Shown: piece by piece, positions 22,889 to 35,216 of the stretch
Layout of the letters: each line of letters begins with the position of its first letter
How positions within the stretch are numbered: the stretch's first letter is position 1
Source of the DNA: Porphyridium purpureum
Taxonomy: Eukaryota
Direction: 5' to 3'
NCBI GenBank assembly: GCA_008690995.1
Contig: VRMN01000020.1
Span: forward strand, 1 to 64,000
DNA length: 64,000 nucleotides
Made by a program: the position numbers and the translations under genes
The notes under the pieces: generated by a model
What the model was told of the DNA's origin: nothing
Seen by the model: only the letters and a program-made list of their open reading frames with translations
Databases searched by the model: none

Positions 22889-25800
22889 TACAGTAGTAAT
22901 GCCATGAGGAATGCTCCGGCTCCAACTTTCTGTATTTCTTCAACTCACAGTAAATTAGAGTTTTTGCCCTGTAGGTACAGTTGGCAATCTCACAAATGAA
23001 AGCAGTATGATTGCGTTTATAAAGAGCTCGGCGAGGGCCGGCGCTCGGAGTCCCCAGATTGCGAAGGTAAGGTTAGTTGCAAGAGCGACGAAGGGGACAT
23101 GCAACTGTGTTAGTGACAAGTCACGAAAACTCCGCGATACATAAGATGTTCCAACAGGTTAATAACTTATGAGCCCAGCCGCCATGGCGTTTACGTTTGA
23201 TGCGTCGAAGCTGTCCGGGCTTGCGAACGGCGTGGAAAAGTTGAACAGCGAGAATTACGACATTTTAGCACGCCGCACGAAGCTCGCGTTGCGTGTGGTG
23301 ACGCTATGGCCCGTCGTTGCGGACATGGTCGATCGCCCGTCGTCGTCGTAGCGTGCAATTGCCGGGATGACGGCGGAAGAGTGGGACGAGGCGGACCTGG
23401 CGGGACAGTTCTTTCTGTCCGGGGTCTTGGAGGACAGGTACAACCGTCTCGTCCGCGATAAGTTGTCGGCGAACGGTTGGTTCACGGTCGCGGATTGTGC
23501 GCACGATTAAATGTCGGCGCAGAAGTTCGCATTTCGCATGGCACTGGAGTGCATTGTCCAGAACAAGAACGAGGCAATGATCGAGTACTTGGATCGCGGA
23601 ATCGGTCTGCGGGACGACATTGTCTCGATCGGGGAGCGCGTTCCCGAGGACCTTGTCGTGCGTTGTCTGGTGATCGGGCTCCGCAAGGAATTTCAGGGGG
23701 CGAAGGACTACCTGCTGCATTCGGCGCCCACGGTCTCCGCAGATCGGCTGCAACTGCTCCGGCTGGAGGCCGGAAAAGCGCTCGAGCGCGCGTTGGCAGA
23801 TGAGCCCCCACTCATCGCAATGGCGGTGACCCAGCGTCCGCAGCAACAGCAGCGTGATCGCTCAACGGGTGTCGTGAAGACGGCACTCGTCAAGGAGAAC
23901 ATGAAGTGTGGCTACTGCCACAAGGCTGGGCATGAGACGAAACGGTGCTTTAAGCGCAGGAACGACTTGCGCGACAAGGCTGCTTGTGCGAGTGGCGCAG
24001 CAGACTCGGAGGCAGTGAAACGCGGCATCGGAAAGCCGAATGCGCGGGTGACTGTGGTTCAGGTAAAAACCAAGGTGACGAAACCACCGGCTCCGGCGGC
24101 AAAGGCTGCCATTGAGCCCGGTTGGATGTCGTAGGAGGCCTACGTGAATACCGTTGCGGGAAGGAGTGTGTCGCCGAAAGGCCGTTCTCTGGATATCCGC
24201 ATGCTTAGCCCCGTAGCAACCTCTGCACCAATCAATAAAACCACCACTTCCATCTATGCCATTTGTGTCTCTGTTGTACCCTACAAGCACTAGTCGCACA
24301 AATGGATGTTCGATTCTGGATCGGACAGACATATCACTTGGGATAGGTCTATTCTAATGAATGAAAGACCTTCTGATGAATCACTTGTTACTGTTGCCAA
24401 CGGGGAACATGTTGAAGTTTCATTGATGGGTGATGTCATGCTCAAAACAATTATTCAAGACAAGTTTAATGACTTGCGTCTTGAAAATGTTTTGTTGATC
24501 GAAAGCACACCCATAAATCTCCTTTCGACAAAGGTCGCAGCGAGAAAGGGCTGTGTCTTCAAACACGATGATAGTTCATCTGTTTTGCATTTTGGGTCAG
24601 ATGGGCCCGTCCTAGCGGTTGGGGATGGTGATTTAATGATCAAACTATCCGCCGCTAGAATAAATGCAATCACAGCTTCAAATAAGTTTGAGCTATTTCA
24701 CCGTCGACTTGGTCATCCTGGACTTGCTGGTCTGAAAAATACGCAAAATTGTGTACAGGGAATTCCCGCGGACTTAAAAGTTCCGGATGAATACCATTGT
24801 GTGATTTGCCAAAAGGCAAAGGGAACACGAACTCCCTTTAAGAAGCGGAAATTGAATTCCATTTCGGCGGTTCCGGGAGAAGTCCTTCATACTGATGTAT
24901 GCGGACCACTCACTCCTTCGAGTTTTGACGACCATCGATATTTTCTAGTTGTCGTCGACGAATGCTCAAGTTTGAGTGTCGTCCACTTGCTCGAGCGAAA
25001 AAGTGAAGCGGGTGAAATGTTACTGCGCACACTTAAATATCTCGAAACGACTCTTGGTGCAAAGGCAAAAAGAGTTCGGTCCGACAAAGGTGGCGAATTC
25101 GCAAGCCTTTATGTGCAAAGGCATCTCCAAGACTCTGGAATTACTTGGGAAAATACCTCTGCTTACACGCCAGAACTTAATGGTATGGCTGAACGCATGA
25201 ATCGGACATTACTCGAAAAGGTTCGAAGCTTATTGTTTGATAGTAATCTACCTTTGGAAAATTGGAGTAATGCTTTGTTGACTGCGAATTATTTGCGAAA
25301 TCGCATTTCAAATAATCGCGGGAAAACGCCGATAGAAATTGCATTCAGGCAAAGGCCAGATCTCAGCAATCTCAGAATCTACGGATCGAGAGCGTTTGTT
25401 CATATTCCTAAGCAATTGCGAGGAAAACTAGAAACAAGATCTGCAATTGGATGCTTGGTCGGTTATGGAAATGTCCATTCCGTTTATCGCATTCTTCTAT
25501 CGGATGGCACGGTCGTTGAAAGTCGAAATGTCACTTTCGATGAGTCTGTCGTTGGAATAGATGTTCATGAACATGAAATCCACGATTCGGAATATTTTTC
25601 CAACTTCGATAAAATTGTCGAAGAGTTGTTTCCAAAAGATTTCTCGAAGTCGTTTGATGAAAAGTCTCAAATCGCGTCAAAAATTTTTGAAACAGATTCC
25701 ACTCGACAAATGGATGATCGCAGTCAGGAATATTCTATTTCAAACGAAATCGGAGAAACGTTTCTGGAAAAAGTTCAGAATAATTCGAAAGATTTAGGGT

Positions 25801-26104
25801 TCCAAAAAGCTCCAAATGGAAACTTTGGGAATACTGAGGATGACGAAAGTCAAGACAGTGGATATGTCGCAAATCAATTCGTTGGAATAATTTCCACCGT
25901 TTCTGAACCTCGGTCAGTCGAAAAAGCACTAAACGGTGGCTTCTCTGACCAATGGCTAGAAGCTCTGAATAGAGAATTGGAATCTCTCACTGGCAACTGC
26001 ACGTGGGAGCTCGTCGATCGTCCACACGATCGAATTCCTGTCAAATGCAAATGGGTTTTTAAGATCAAATATGATGTCAACGGACATATTGATCGGTTCA
26101 AGTG
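22889..26104 (+). mobile_element. Older family-1 copia copy: partial 5' LTR (22889-23156), gag with stops, open PR-IN, cut in RT by a family-2 element
   Basis: Diverged LTR homology and gag stops at 23349, 23508, 24132 and 24291. ORF 24306-26104 is nearly identical to copies A and B. Homology ends at cggttcaagtg. Confidence 0.92.
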
Positions 26105-26540
26105 TGTTGTGATGTAATTCTGCATTACATTGCGATGTATAATTACTATTATGTGCTCACATTGATTGTGCACTCTACCCTACATTTGTACACCCGTGTG
26201 CAATTCCATTCGTTTTCCCCTTTAGACAAATTATTGATTAAGTTCAATTAGGGTTCCTACATGTTAGGGTTTCTGCAGTCGCACAGCAGGCGTGGCGGAC
26301 ATCATAGCTCTTGTTGATCTGGAACATGGAGCCGAATAATTTCGGCGCCTCAGCGAGGTCACTGCGTATAAAACAAGGCGTCGGAATCGTCGGCCCCAGG
26401 ATTGTTGAGACTTCCGTAGAAGTTAAGGAATGCGCGTAAAATCCTAAAAGGTTATGAGCCTAGTCGTTGCTACTGCTTTGACGAACGCGTTGTGTTGGTG
26501 TTGAGGGTGAGAGACGGTTAAGGTCAACGGACTACCAAGG

Positions 26541-29500
26541 ATGGACGACTCGCTAAGGAGCGCCGCTCCGCTCATCGCGAGCGTGGCGAAGTACAACGGC
26601 CGCAATTATCGCGAGTGGTCCACGCGTGCAATGCTGCTATTGCAGGTTGCCGGACTTTGGTCCATCGTGGCAGGTGACCAGCCCCGCCCGGTGACGCCAA
26701 GTCGTGCTGGTGCAGCGGAGTGGGAACAGAAAGAGCTAGCGGCTAAATTTCTGCTATGCTCAATCGTCGAAAGCCGTTTCCTCAGCTGTATGTCTGACAT
26801 CACAAGTGCTGTTATCTGGGCAGAGTTCAAGAAGGCGAACGAGGCGCAGGCCCGCACGCATATCTTCACATTCCGGACCCAGCTTGAGACTCTGGCGCAA
26901 GGCCAGAATGAGAAAATAAGCGACTTTCTGGACCGTGTCGATGCCCTTCGGGGTCAGCTCAGCTCTGCCGGTGAGGATGTGAGCGATGAGCACATGGTTC
27001 ATTACGTGTTGCGCGGACTCAAAAGTGAGTACGCCAATGCGCGTGAAGTGCTACTGCACTCGCGCGTGGGCTTCACCGACTTGCGCTACCGCCTGCTAGA
27101 TGTGGAAATCCACATGGCGAGCTTTGGTGCGCGCAAGCGAGGCCCCGTAAAAGATGACAGTCTTCCTGTGACGATCGCAAATGCGATGCGTCTGCAAAAG
27201 ACCATCAAAAAGAAACACTGCGAGTACTGTGGAAAAGACAACCACTATGTGAAACAGTGTTTCAAGAAGAAAAATGACGAGCGCAATGCGGCTCAGGCAA
27301 AAGTGGCCGAGGGTGCTCAGAAAGCTGAGCCCTCTGAGAAGCCGAAGCCGAAGCCAAAATTGGCCGGCGCGCGCGCGAGTGAAGTGAATGAGGAGGGCTT
27401 TATGTCATGGAATGCGTTCCAGAGGATGATGAAAAAGACAGAGGTGGCTCAGAGGCATTTCGATAAAAAGTTCCCTTCTGTTTATCACAATGTCTCCTCT
27501 ACTGGCCTTCCACGAATTGGCTCACTCTCACTTCCTTCCAATGCAAAAGTTCATAATTGGTTGTTTGATTCAGGTGCCAATCGTCATTGCACATGGGATT
27601 CTTCACTTTTCATTCGTAAATACGAATGTCATCAGGATGTCGTGATGGCTGATAACCATGTCTACACAGTGACTCTCAAAAGAGATGTCATGCTGAAACC
27701 AAATGTGAATGGAGTCATAAAGCCACTAATGCTTGAAGGTGACCTTCACATTCCAACAGCTCACGTGAATATTTTGTCCACCCTTCAAGCTGCGGACAAC
27801 GGGGCTGAATTTTGGCATGACAAAAATCAAGGTCAATCGACTGTGAAAGATCAAGTTGTAGCGGAAGGATACCGAAATGTCGGATTCGACCTACTTCTAA
27901 ATCAATCTTATGCACGCATCGCAAATGTGCGAGCGACTTCATATGATTTGCTCCATCGTCGTCTGGGACATCCCGGAAAATTTGGTATGCGGGAAACTCC
28001 AAAAAATGTTTTGGGACTACCGAGTAATATTTTACCAGAAGACGATTTTGATTGCCTAATTTGCAAGCCAGCCAAAGGCACGCGAAACTCATTCGCGAAG
28101 GACAGAGAAAATTCGAAGTCCGTGGTTGCAGGAGAAGTTCTGCATACTGATATCTGTGGTCCCATTGAACCAGAAAGCTGCGATGGTGAAAAGTATTTTT
28201 TGACCATAATCGATGAATTCAGCAGCCTCAGCAATGTATACGTAATGACTCGGAAATCCAAAGCAAAGTCAATGCTGATTGCTGGAATTCTATGGCTGGA
28301 AAATCAATTGGGATCGAAAATCAAATCAGTTCGCTCAGATCGAGGAAGTGAATATGCCAGTCGTCAAGTCCAAAATTGGTTTGAAATGAAAGGAATTGAC
28401 TGGTGTCCGACAGCTCCTTACACTCCAGAAAATAATGGAATAGCCGAGCGCATGAATAGGACACTCCTCGAAAAGGTTCGATGTCTTCTTTTCGATGCTA
28501 ATCTCCCACTTGAATATTGGGGAAAAGCGCTCGAAACCGCGAATTACTTGCGAAATCGCACTGCCAATCGTCGCGGAAAAACACCCTTCGAACTTGCTTT
28601 TGGAACCCAACCTGATCCTAGCGATCTGAGAATTTTTGGTTGCAGAGCATTTGTTCACGTTGAAAACCCATTTCGCTCGAAACTTGATCCTCGAGTTGAA
28701 GAAGGATGCATGATTGGATATGGACAAGTCCATCCAAACTGCCAAGTTTTGCTTAGTGATGGGCAAATAATCGAAACTAGAAATGTTCAGTTAAACGAAT
28801 CCCAAATGGGCATTGACTTGGTTGAGGACGATCTACATCGCGATCATCAGGCATTTGGTGAGACGGTTGATCAAGTTCGACCGCCGATGGAGTCAGATAA
28901 TTTTCCACAAGTTTCCGGTACGAGTCAAGACAATGCAGCTTTGACTCCGGAAATTCACGAATTCTCGGAATCAAATTATTCTGAAGTTGAAGATTTTAAT
29001 GATAATCTTAGTGATGCGAGTGGTTACGTAAATGAGGATTCAGCGTATTCTCCGTCTCGTGAAGTTGACCAAATGGTTGACAGAATTAATACTGTTACAG
29101 GTGCAACTGTTGAGCCTGATTCTCTAACAGAAGCCTTGTCCGGAGAACATGCAACTCAATGGAGACTTGCTTTAAATGAAGAGATGAAGTCTTTGATCGA
29201 CAACGAGACATGGATTGTTGTCGACAAACCCAAAGACAAAAATACTGTCAAATGCAAATGGATCTTCAAAGTAAAATTTGATGTGACTGGCAGCATTGAT
29301 CGGTACAAGTGCCGATTGGTCGCCAAAGGATTTTCACAGAGACCCGGGGTGGACTTCGATGACACATTCAGTCCGGTGGTTCGCCACAACACGATTCGAA
29401 CAATTCATTCGATTTGTGCTGCGAGACGACTGCATGCATTTCTATTCGATGTCACAACGGCATTCCTCAATGGAATTTTGCAAGAAGAAATCTTCATGCA

Positions 29501-30580
29501 ACAACCTGATGGATTCGATTTCGGAGAAAACAAAGTTTTAAAACTGCGAAAGGCAATCTACGGTTTGAAGCAGGCGTCCAGAGCCTGGAATGAAGCACTC
29601 TGCAAGGTGCTGTACGAAACGGGATACTCTGCATTACAAGCAGATCCATGTATCTTTGCAAAGTCAGCAGAAGGACCTTACATGCTAATTTATGTCGATG
29701 ATTTGTTGGTAATCGGAGACGAAAATTGTGGCACAGAACTCGAAACTTTTCTCGCCCAAAATTTTAAAATCCTTAACTTGGGAGAAGTCTCGAGGCAAAC
29801 ATTTGCTGGATACGAAATTGATTGCAATCGAATTAATGGGACAATAAGATTGTCTCAAAGACAAAATACAGAGAAAATTCTCGGACCGTTTTGAATGGAT
29901 GCATGCAATCCACGAAATACACCTATAGACAAAAATTTGCCACTGGAACCAGGGCCTCCCGGAAATTCCGGTTTTCCATACATGGAAGCCTTGGGAGCCT
30001 TGACGTAGTTGAGTACATGCACTCGGTCACATACTTCCTTTTCAGTGGGAGTCCTTGCAAGATATATGTCCTGTTCAGATGAATCCCGCTAGCAAGTTGC
30101 CGAAGGGATACTCAGGTACCTTAAAGGAAGTGTAGATTACGGTCTACTTTACTCTGCAACTTCAGAGAAAAATATTCAGGGATATGCAGATGCAGACTAT
30201 GCTGGAGACAGATCGACACGGAGATCAACCACTGGATTTGCATTTGTTTTGAACGGGGGAGCAGTTTCTTGGAAATCCAAACTGCAACCAACGGTTGCAT
30301 TATCGACAACTGAAGCCGAAAATATGGCACTGTCGGATGCATGCAAAGAAGCACTATGGTTTCGACATTTACTTTGTTCGCTTGGGATCAAACTTGGAAA
30401 AGTTCCATTGCAACTGCATGGGAGCAATCAAGAATCAATAAATTTGTGCGAAAATCGCATTGTCCGCGACCAATCAGAACAGGTTGATGATCAAAAATTC
30501 ATTGCTTGAGGCTATGTGCTGAGCGGCGGCATTTCAGACGAATACATATTAGCTACTAAAGTATATGCTGATTTCCTGAC
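26541..30580 (+). pseudogene. Family-2 copia Gag-Pol: open for 1117 aa to 29894, then a frameshifted RT end and RNase H with stops
   Basis: CEYCGKDNHYVKQC, WLFDSGA, HRRLGH, HTDICGP, RSDRGSEY, NGIAER, KCRLVAKG and YVDD, then downstream [19 protein letters not shown]. Confidence 0.92.
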
Positions 30581-30761
30581 CAGGGGAGGGGGCAAAATAA
30601 CAATTTTCCCTCAGGCACAGAATTAGCTTGTCAAAAACTTTTGAAAGTTAAGAATATGCCGAAACTTGAACTGTATTTTGGAAACATGCTTGTTGAGCGT
30701 GGCATCTTCTCGTTGCTCCTCTCGCGTGGAAGTGCTGTGAGGCAAGCCGGCAGTAAAGCAC

Positions 30762-31711
30762 TGTCACGGGAGTAGCCCGTATGCTGAGGATTTGATAAAA
30801 AATAGCCGTAGCCCGTGGCCGGATACCTTGTCGCGCCGGACCCACTGTACCGTACGTGTACATGGGGGCGCGTGGTAGGCCTGAAAGCTCCTTCCCTTAG
30901 GGACCAGACGCGCAATGGCCACCCCAGTGTGGAATGGATGTACAGCCAGGAGGTGGCTGGAACCTTCTAGAAAATTCTAGACTCAGCGACAGCAAGGCCT
31001 TGTACCTAAGGAGGTAAAGTGGTCACGATGGGTATAGAAGGACGCGCGGATCGGCAGCCAAGGAGGAAAAGGGGGTCGGGAGACGGAAGGAGGTAGGAGG
31101 CATCTAGGTAAAAACTGGTATATTCGAGATCGTGTGTCCAGACCTTGAGTGACCGTGGCGACCTAAAAGTGCATCGAAGGTACAGCGAGGGTAGAGTGGG
31201 AGCGAGCGAGCGGGTGATTTAGCGGGGAAGGTTCGCGGATGCCCCGGAGTAAGGCGTCACAGGACGGTCCTTATTCGGAAGCGGATCCGGGGGCGGTAAG
31301 TGGGCGGGGGCGGATAAAGGAGTGATTTGCTGTTTGAAGCCGAAAGGTAACCTCCGGCTAAACCCGGCTGCCCACAATACTTCCCCGGGTCCCGGATCAA
31401 TGTAAGGTGTGGCCGAACGGGATCCCGGTTGGGCAGCGGACGCCTGGTTTCCCCGTTGCGCGTGTCTTCCGTGAGCGCGCCCTTGGTTGGTTGCGTTGGT
31501 CCAGTGTGTCGGTGGTCTTGGCTGTTTGCGTGTGAGCAGCGTGCGTGAGCGTCGTCGGTTCCGGATTTCCAGCCTGTCGCAGGGCCAAGGGACTGTGGGT
31601 GTCTTATGCTTCCTCTTGGTTGCGTGGATTGTCCAGCTTGTGTGCGTGCGTGAGCTCCTTGGCTTGGTGTTGGGTGTGCCGCTGTGTCAAGGGCCAGCAC
31701 GGTTCGTGACA
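30762..31711. mobile_element. Probable 950-bp solo LTR of another family
   Basis: Inverted termini TGTCACG...CGTGACA. It interrupts the family-2 3' LTR, whose homology resumes afterwards. Flanks GCAC and GTAC form an imperfect duplication. Confidence 0.75.
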
Positions 31712-33199
31712 GTACGATCCATGACTACTGTTCTGTGATTACATATCTTTGCTCTACATTTGTACATCTATTTACGAACTGATTATGCTATGTAGACAAA
31801 TTCATCGAATTACCTCAACTATGGCTTCCCACAGTGTTTGCTTTTCACAGGCGCGCCATCATAAAAGCCCGATTGCCACAACGGGAACCGAATCTCCTGC
31901 TCATCTGGAACAAGGAGCCGAATATATTCGGCCGCTACGCGAGTTTATGGAGCATTAAAAGGGGTGTCGAAATCGTCGCGGTCGGCATTCATTAGGCTTT
32001 CATGACAGAAAAGACTGGCGCGTGAAATCCTAAAGGCGCTCCTCGTATTTCTTCTTGGAAGTTTGCTCTGGTAGTTTTGTTGCCGTAATGCTAGCTCGTA
32101 TATCAACAGTTTGCCCAAGTGCTGTACCTCGTTCACTTGTTCAAGGCCTGCTCATTGGTATATGTCAATTATACATTTATTAATTGACTTGGTACAATGG
32201 TCACTGTACCAAGATGACCTTCAATAGAACCATAGGTCATATCGAGGCCGTCCTACGGCTAGATAAGGATCGGAGCGTGCCGATCGACTACGAGCGAATA
32301 AAGAAAAGAAGATAAGAGTTTACTTGAGTGATAAAGGTCTGAAGACCACAGTATGGGCATGAATGCGAACAAGCAAAAAGTAAATCTGTGTCAACAACCG
32401 AAGATATGAAGACAGTCGTAGATGACCAAAAGCAGCCCACTTTACTTGGATCGCATGTGTTGACTCAATTGGAAAGTGAAGTGAGCGTCCACGACCGAGG
32501 GTCACGGCGCGTCTCATACGCCATACTGCGTCTTCATTGATCGCCGCAAAATATGCACAGTGACTTTCACTGGTGATACACCTTGAAGCCGGAAGTCACC
32601 TGTGACTTGCTCGTTGCGGCTAACGGCCAACCCTTTTCAATCGTTACACCTCTGACTTGTACATGCGAGCTCAATACCATGTTCAAGCTTGGCCCTGATC
32701 ACGACTTGCGTTTAATTACCGCTCTTATCGGGTTGTGCCAAGCCACCAGCGGTAGGATAAAGTATGGTATACCTGCAGACGACAGCCTCTGGCTGACCTG
32801 AAACTTTACCCAAGCTGAATTTTTTTAAAGACACAAACACGGACAAAACGCCGAGCAAGTGCTCTCTTCGGGACCCTCCTTACCCAAAAGCCATAACCCC
32901 AATACTATGGTGGACCAATAAACAATGTGCTGCCCGACCGCTAGCCTCTATGGTACAGTGATAACCCTCAATATAATTGGGGCATAATGCTGATCTGTTG
33001 GGTCGAAATTTACGAGAATCGTCATCGGCTCTTGACGGCAATTTTGATTGAAGAACGAGAAGGAGAAGAATGAGTGAAGTTATACTCTAGGATTACCGGC
33101 ATGGTTTCCAGTTCGTATAGAGCAGACCGCAGCACAAATTCCGTCAGAACGCAAAACAACATTTCGTGACTTTTTTCAGACGCATGAGCCACCTAAGAG

Positions 33200-34100
33200 G
33201 ATTGCGATCCATGCGGACATGAAACAGCCAAGCAGAGAATGCAAGGACTGAATTGCGGCGATTCGAATTACGTAAAGTTTACGGAGGCGGCTTAAACGAA
33301 GATGTGAGACATCCCCTAGCTTTGAAATTTGCGCACGGTCCGTCAAGTCCACGTTGGACTGCTTATTTCAGCGCAGCACTAGTCCAAGATTTGTTGACAA
33401 GCAGCAAGGCCGTGGTACTGATGCCTTAATACGTGAAGATACAAGCTCGTCCGCGACGGATATTCACTTTCGAGTTCAAAAGTGTTGACTTGCTTTGCCT
33501 GACGCGATCACTTCGAGCGGTCCAATCGGGCCATAGCTGTGTTCAGTGACGAAAAGAAGCTCCACCTGGGTAGGCTGAGTGATTTCCAGAAGACGTGACT
33601 TTAACGCGCAAACAATCTTCGACCCTTAGGTCGCGACGCTTGTGTTCGAGTGGATGCCTGTTTTGGGGTGCTCTTTCTGCAAAAGGATGTTTGTCAAATC
33701 GAGGGACCCTTTGGCGGTTGCCGACTATGTTTCTATGCTCCATAATTACAGTGCGCTGGAATGCTATCGTCAAATGATGAGATCGTATCTGACGTTTTCG
33801 CAGGCCAAAGCACGAGTACACACAGAAAACGTGCTTGAAATTTTCTTTCAGAATGAGACGTTGGAGTTTCAGGACTGGTCAGCGTACCTGCCGGAGTTTG
33901 ATACCATTCAAGGCTTGTACGAAATAGTATGGTACAAGCGCCACGAAGTGGAAAGGCAATATCGGAAGTTGCTAGAGTTCAAAAATGCATTCACACAGGC
34001 TCGGAAGACTTGGGACCAGCTTGATTTAGCCACTTTGGACGTGCTTGTGCCGGATCATATGCTCAAATGCGCGAATATTGGCATCGCGTACGAGCAAGGT
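33200..34100 (+). pseudogene. Decayed Tc1-like transposase (boundaries approximate)
   Basis: Collinear remnants FSDEKK (33542), LFWGALS, FSQAKARVH (compare FQQDNAPxH) and DWSAYLPEFDTIQGLY (compare DWPARSPDLNPVENLW). Confidence 0.65.
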
Positions 34101-35216
34101 AGCCGCGACCAATACCGATTCTCTATGGCTGAGAAAAGAACACAGGTGTGCAATGTCCCAGTGTGTGTCTCGATCCCTTGCCACGCTTGCGTCTAATTTC
34201 ATGTCAACTGCTTCTGCATTTAATTAGAGGCAGTTTAATTTTGTATGCGCGCGAAGGGCTTTACCGCCTTTGGAGTCCAACCTTCTGTGGGCTCACGCAC
34301 ACATAACACGGCCTTACCGTCGGTCTCCAGCGTACTCACGCGTGCATACATGTGTCCAGTCTCGTGCGCACGCAGGGACGCGGATAGAGCGACCGCCACG
34401 TTCTGTTGGCGTGATTGCAGACTTGTCAGTCTGCGGGCGTGCTGACGGCAAGAGCCAGTATCCAGAGGCGCGTGCTGTCACAGGAGCTTTGGCTGCACGA
34501 CAAGGAACTGCGCTGCCAATATTTTCTGAGAAACGAAGTGTGTCGCGGCTTGGCAGCGTATGGCAAGGACTTGAACTACTTGCGAAAGAGGATACGACCG
34601 TCGCAGACAGGAAGTGTAAAGGGTCAAACAAATCGCGATTGTCAAACCAATACACTGTGAGCAAGGGTGTGCCACGGAATTCTCAAATGACCTCAAGATT
34701 CCGAAGGCAGCTCGAGACTATTCCAAGTCAATGGAATAATGTCCGGCTAGGCATGCAAGCCATATCTGTCAAGCCAAGCTTCGTCTCGGCCGACTAGATC
34801 CCACAACGATCCGCACGGTCTGCCCAGAATGGGGCTTGCTTCAAAATGGGCACTGGCTTCACTATATCGACGATGTCTTTGTATTTGACCGGTAGGAGCT
34901 AGCATGACTCTGTGCGAAATGCAGTCGAGGCGTTGCGCTTGTCCAGTGGTGTAGAACGAAATACAGTCTCAGACCCTGAGCTCTTCTGCGCCATGACTCG
35001 GATCGATGCGTCGGCTTCAGCTAAAGCGACGATGGCGTCCTTTTCTGTCGCACAACAGTCGCAACAGTGTCAAACCCGTCGCATGGACGACAGCGAGCCT
35101 GCTTGGGTTCCCCGTGACCTTAGGAATCAGCGGCAATCGCGGCAGTGGAGCTCTCGCCGAGCAGGAAACAGAAGATTGAACGTCGAAATCCTCCCTAGAC
35201 GCGACGTGAGAGGTGC

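Larger units (their letters stand above)
26105..32034 (+). mobile_element. Ty1/copia family 2: 5' LTR 26105-26449, PBS at 26450, gag-pol, degenerate RNase H, diverged 3' LTR (about 30733-32034) split by a solo LTR
   Basis: TGTTGTGA start and GGTTATGAGCCTAG PBS. The 3' LTR shares tacatttgtaca, tagacaaatt, atctggaaca.ggagccgaa and aaatcctaaa with the 5' LTR. Confidence 0.85.

Noticed and set aside
16132..22900. GTACAGTAGTAAT at 16132 and 22888 as a 13-bp TSD around a 6.7-kb insertion
   Set aside because: LTR similarity continues a little past the left copy, and the right copy overlaps the Tc1 end and its TA. Shared LTR sequence explains it better.
32189..32212. Hairpin TTGGTACA-N8-TGTACCAA
   Set aside because: A single 8-bp stem with no supporting context is expected by chance.
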